Origin: Mytilus trossulus
Taxonomy: Eukaryota
Reading direction: 5' to 3'
NCBI RefSeq assembly: GCF_036588685.1
Contig: NC_086373.1
Location: 70,928,001 to 70,992,000 of the forward strand
DNA length: 64,000 bases
A program made the translations under genes and the position numbers. Positions 61,806 to 64,000 of the stretch are shown here, one piece after another (the first letter of the stretch is position 1; each line of letters begins with the position of its first letter). The notes under the pieces were generated by a model. It ran no database searches and was not told the origin of the DNA. It saw only the letters and a list, made by a program, of their open reading frames with translations.

Positions 61806-63668
61806 CTAATTCCACGGAAAACTGGGTTCGGCGCAGTTTCTTGTTCTTTGAAGAAGGATCTCTCTAATGCGGTTGCTGTGATTCGCAAAATGTTCCATAG
61901 TTGCTGTTGAGATAGTAGGAACTGTTTTTTTTTTTGTTTTTTTTTTTTTTCCCAACGTTGTTAGACGGCGACGACGGTTGAAGGGGGTCCTCCGATGGGT
62001 ATGACGAGAGCTAATACTTGATCCTATTCCAGTTTGGCGAAATGTCACATCTCTTTGAGTATCCGACGAAATTAAGCGTTTCGTCCTAACGTTCCATCTT
62101 GCTGATCCAGTTGTTCTATCTATGAAGTGGGGTCCTCTATGTTTGATTGTGTTGTAGTAATGTCCAAGAAAAGGTGTTACTTTCTGATGATGTCCAGATA
62201 AGACTACTGGTTCCTTTTCACTAAAATTCAAGTCAGATTTGGCAATTCTGCTTCCTCCTCGGAGTAGAGGTTGCTTGCTCAAAGGCATATTGATATTGGC
62301 AATAGGTCCTTCTATCGGAATATATTTGTGAATGCTACTGATTTCCTCACCATGAACTTCAGGTCCTGTTGATTTCGGAATGAAGTTTTCTTTATTTATA
62401 GATTTTTCTATCGAGGTCAAAGATTTTGCTTTTAGTGACACGAGTGCTGTCCCTTTAGAGGAATTTGTGCGTTTACCAGGCTTGGAACTAGGTTCTGTAC
62501 ATTCAATGAATTGTACGGAATACGACTTCGCAAGCTTGGCATTCGAATGAACGTATTGGTCGTTAGCCTGAACAACAATTGGATTATTGTCCTTGATGAT
62601 GGCTATTTCCGGTCTTGAGGCAGGACGTTGTTTTGATTCCGTAATTGAAACGTTGGTTATCTTTGTGTTGACTTCAATAGGAACAGTTTGCTTGTCAATG
62701 TATGTATTTCCAATTATGACCCAACCAAGTCTCAACTTTTGGGCAAATGGAGTTCGGGATGGTCCTAGGCGTTGTTCAAGGACGTGGTGTGCCTCTATAA
62801 GGTCCCTTCCAATTAGGAGTAGAATTTGACAACGTTCCTCTATTGGTAGAATGCTTCCTCCGAGTTCTTTCAGATGAGGATGATGCATTGCAACTTCAGG
62901 AATTTCGTCTCGATTATTGGGAATATTATTACATTCAATTAATGTAGGCAGATCAAACTGTACGTCACTATGTACAGATTTTATGACGAAATCTTTTCCT
63001 CTTTTCCCGGAGGTAGCTATTCTGCCGGAGCATGTCGTAAGAGAGTAGTTTTCAGGTTTTTCCCGAACGTTGAACAGACTGAAGAATTCAGGCGAGGCAA
63101 GAGACCGGTTGCTTTGGTCGTCAATAATGGCGTACATTCTGATAATTTTGTCTGTCTTGTTCTTGTGGTACACGTCCACAGGTAATATCTTGGCATAAGA
63201 TTTCTCGCTCTTATGATCTTTGTAGATCTCTGTGCAGATCGAACTCACAGAGGTTAACTTTGTTTCAGCGGACTCTGCCTGCTCCCCGCCGTAGACCTGT
63301 GTAAGCTCCCCGCCGTAGGCTGGTCTGGGTGAGCTAAACTGGGAACCTTCAGATTGTTGTGGTCTAGTGATGTGAAGTGCTGTGGTATGTCGTTCACTTC
63401 CACATTCGTTACAACTGATACTTGCGTTGCAGTTCCGACTTCTGTGTGTGGTTGACTCACAACACTTGTAGCACACATTGTTTTGTCTTAACAGTTCCTT
63501 GCGTTCCTCGATCGGTTTGGCTCGGAATGCTCGGCATTCATTCAAGGTATGCATTGTCTTGTGTAGGATACACAGATCTTGTTGTTTACTGCTGTCTTCA
63601 GTTTGCTGTTCAACAGCTGTCTTATGAACGTTGACTTTAGAGTACGTCTGAGATGTGAACCTTGGCAT
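61806..63668 (-). CDS. BEL/Pao Gag-protease ORF lacking RT
   Basis: CILH..H...C, CYKCC....H....C, CNEC....H...LH knuckles; YAIIDDQSNRSL protease; LLIGRD; A..LRLGWVIIG; no YxDD motif. Frame stays open upstream to the truncation point. Confidence 0.75.
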   Translation of the reverse strand: MPRFTSQTYSKVNVHKTAVEQQTEDSSKQQDLCILHKTMHTLNECRAFRAKPIEERKELLRQNNVCYKCCESTTHRSRNCNASISCNECGSERHTTALHITRPQQSEGSQFSSPRPAYGGELTQVYGGEQAESAETKLTSVSSICTEIYKDHKSEKSYAKILPVDVYHKNKTDKIIRMYAIIDDQSNRSLASPEFFSLFNVREKPENYSLTTCSGRIATSGKRGKDFVIKSVHSDVQFDLPTLIECNNIPNNRDEIPEVAMHHPHLKELGGSILPIEERCQILLLIGRDLIEAHHVLEQRLGPSRTPFAQKLRLGWVIIGNTYIDKQTVPIEVNTKITNVSITESKQRPASRPEIAIIKDNNPIVVQANDQYVHSNAKLAKSYSVQFIECTEPSSKPGKRTNSSKGTALVSLKAKSLTSIEKSINKENFIPKSTGPEVHGEEISSIHKYIPIEGPIANINMPLSKQPLLRGGSRIAKSDLNFSEKEPVVLSGHHQKVTPFLGHYYNTIKHRGPHFIDRTTGSARWNVRTKRLISSDTQRDVTFRQTGIGSSISSRHTHRRTPFNRRRRLTTLGKKKKTKKKTVPTISTATMEHFANHSNRIREILLQRTRNCAEPSFPWN

Positions 63669-63919
63669 AGATTCTTTTGTATTTGGTGTTACTTTTGAGC
63701 CAAAGATGAACCCAGGATCGTTCTTAATTTTGCTAATTTCCCTGATGAAGGCAGAGAATTCTGTGAAAGGTGGAAAGGCAACTTCATATTTAGACAGCTG
63801 TTGAACAGCAAACTGAAGACAGCAGTAAACATTTTTTCAACCAATAAATTAATTTGAATTCAGCGTTGAATCAAAGCACTAATTTCAACATTAAAATGTC
63901 ACCGTTTCACTTAATATTA

Positions 63920-64000
63920 TGTTACACCGTTCCGTAATTTGTATAGTTCGTTTGATTATATTCTTAATCTGTTTATGTGTTCCAGTCTAGGAGGATAATT
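63920..64000 (+). repeat. Second LTR copy in opposite orientation, running off the window
   Basis: Exact reverse complement of 61535-61615, starts with TGT. Confidence 0.85.

Larger units (their letters stand above)
61283..63791 (-). mobile_element. 5'-truncated, internally deleted BEL/Pao LTR retrotransposon
   Basis: Gag motif FPPF.EF..NDP, three Cys/His knuckles, protease motif, integrase-proximal remnant, PPT and LTR. Confidence 0.85.

Overview
This is AT-rich eukaryotic DNA with spliceosomal introns. Its repeat content (minimal-hammerhead retrozymes of ~350 nt, bivalve-type SINEs, a Helentron-like element) points to a bivalve, probably a Mytilus mussel; that assignment is an inference. 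Host genes: (i) three intronless paralogues encoding secreted vWA-domain proteins (1869-3110 +, 10170-11474 -, 20063-21376 -). Each has a different low-complexity segment (poly-Gly/Ser/His; Arg/Ser/Phe-rich; GMGGDMRV repeats) ahead of a conserved C-terminal peptide, and they share a conserved promoter block. (ii) An intronless, signal-peptide-bearing intradiol ring-cleavage dioxygenase with all four iron ligands (29853-30512 +). (iii) TMEM68, with eight coding exons on the - strand (36346-45528); the 3' splice site of its start-codon exon is repeated seven times by a 77-bp tandem array. Non-coding RNA: two related retrozyme families at 4.5-5.8 kb carry three intact minimal type I hammerhead ribozymes, two of them 351 nt apart, and share a second conserved structured motif; decayed copies occur elsewhere. 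The rest is transposon-derived: two Academ-type elements with TAG..CTA ends and 3-bp TSDs, CR1/L2-like LINE remnants, Kolobok-, hAT-, MULE- and EnSpm-like non-autonomous elements, and an RT-less, rearranged BEL/Pao copy facing an inverted LTR. The best candidate for an undescribed system is the cluster of secreted vWA proteins with variable tails next to a secreted catechol dioxygenase.
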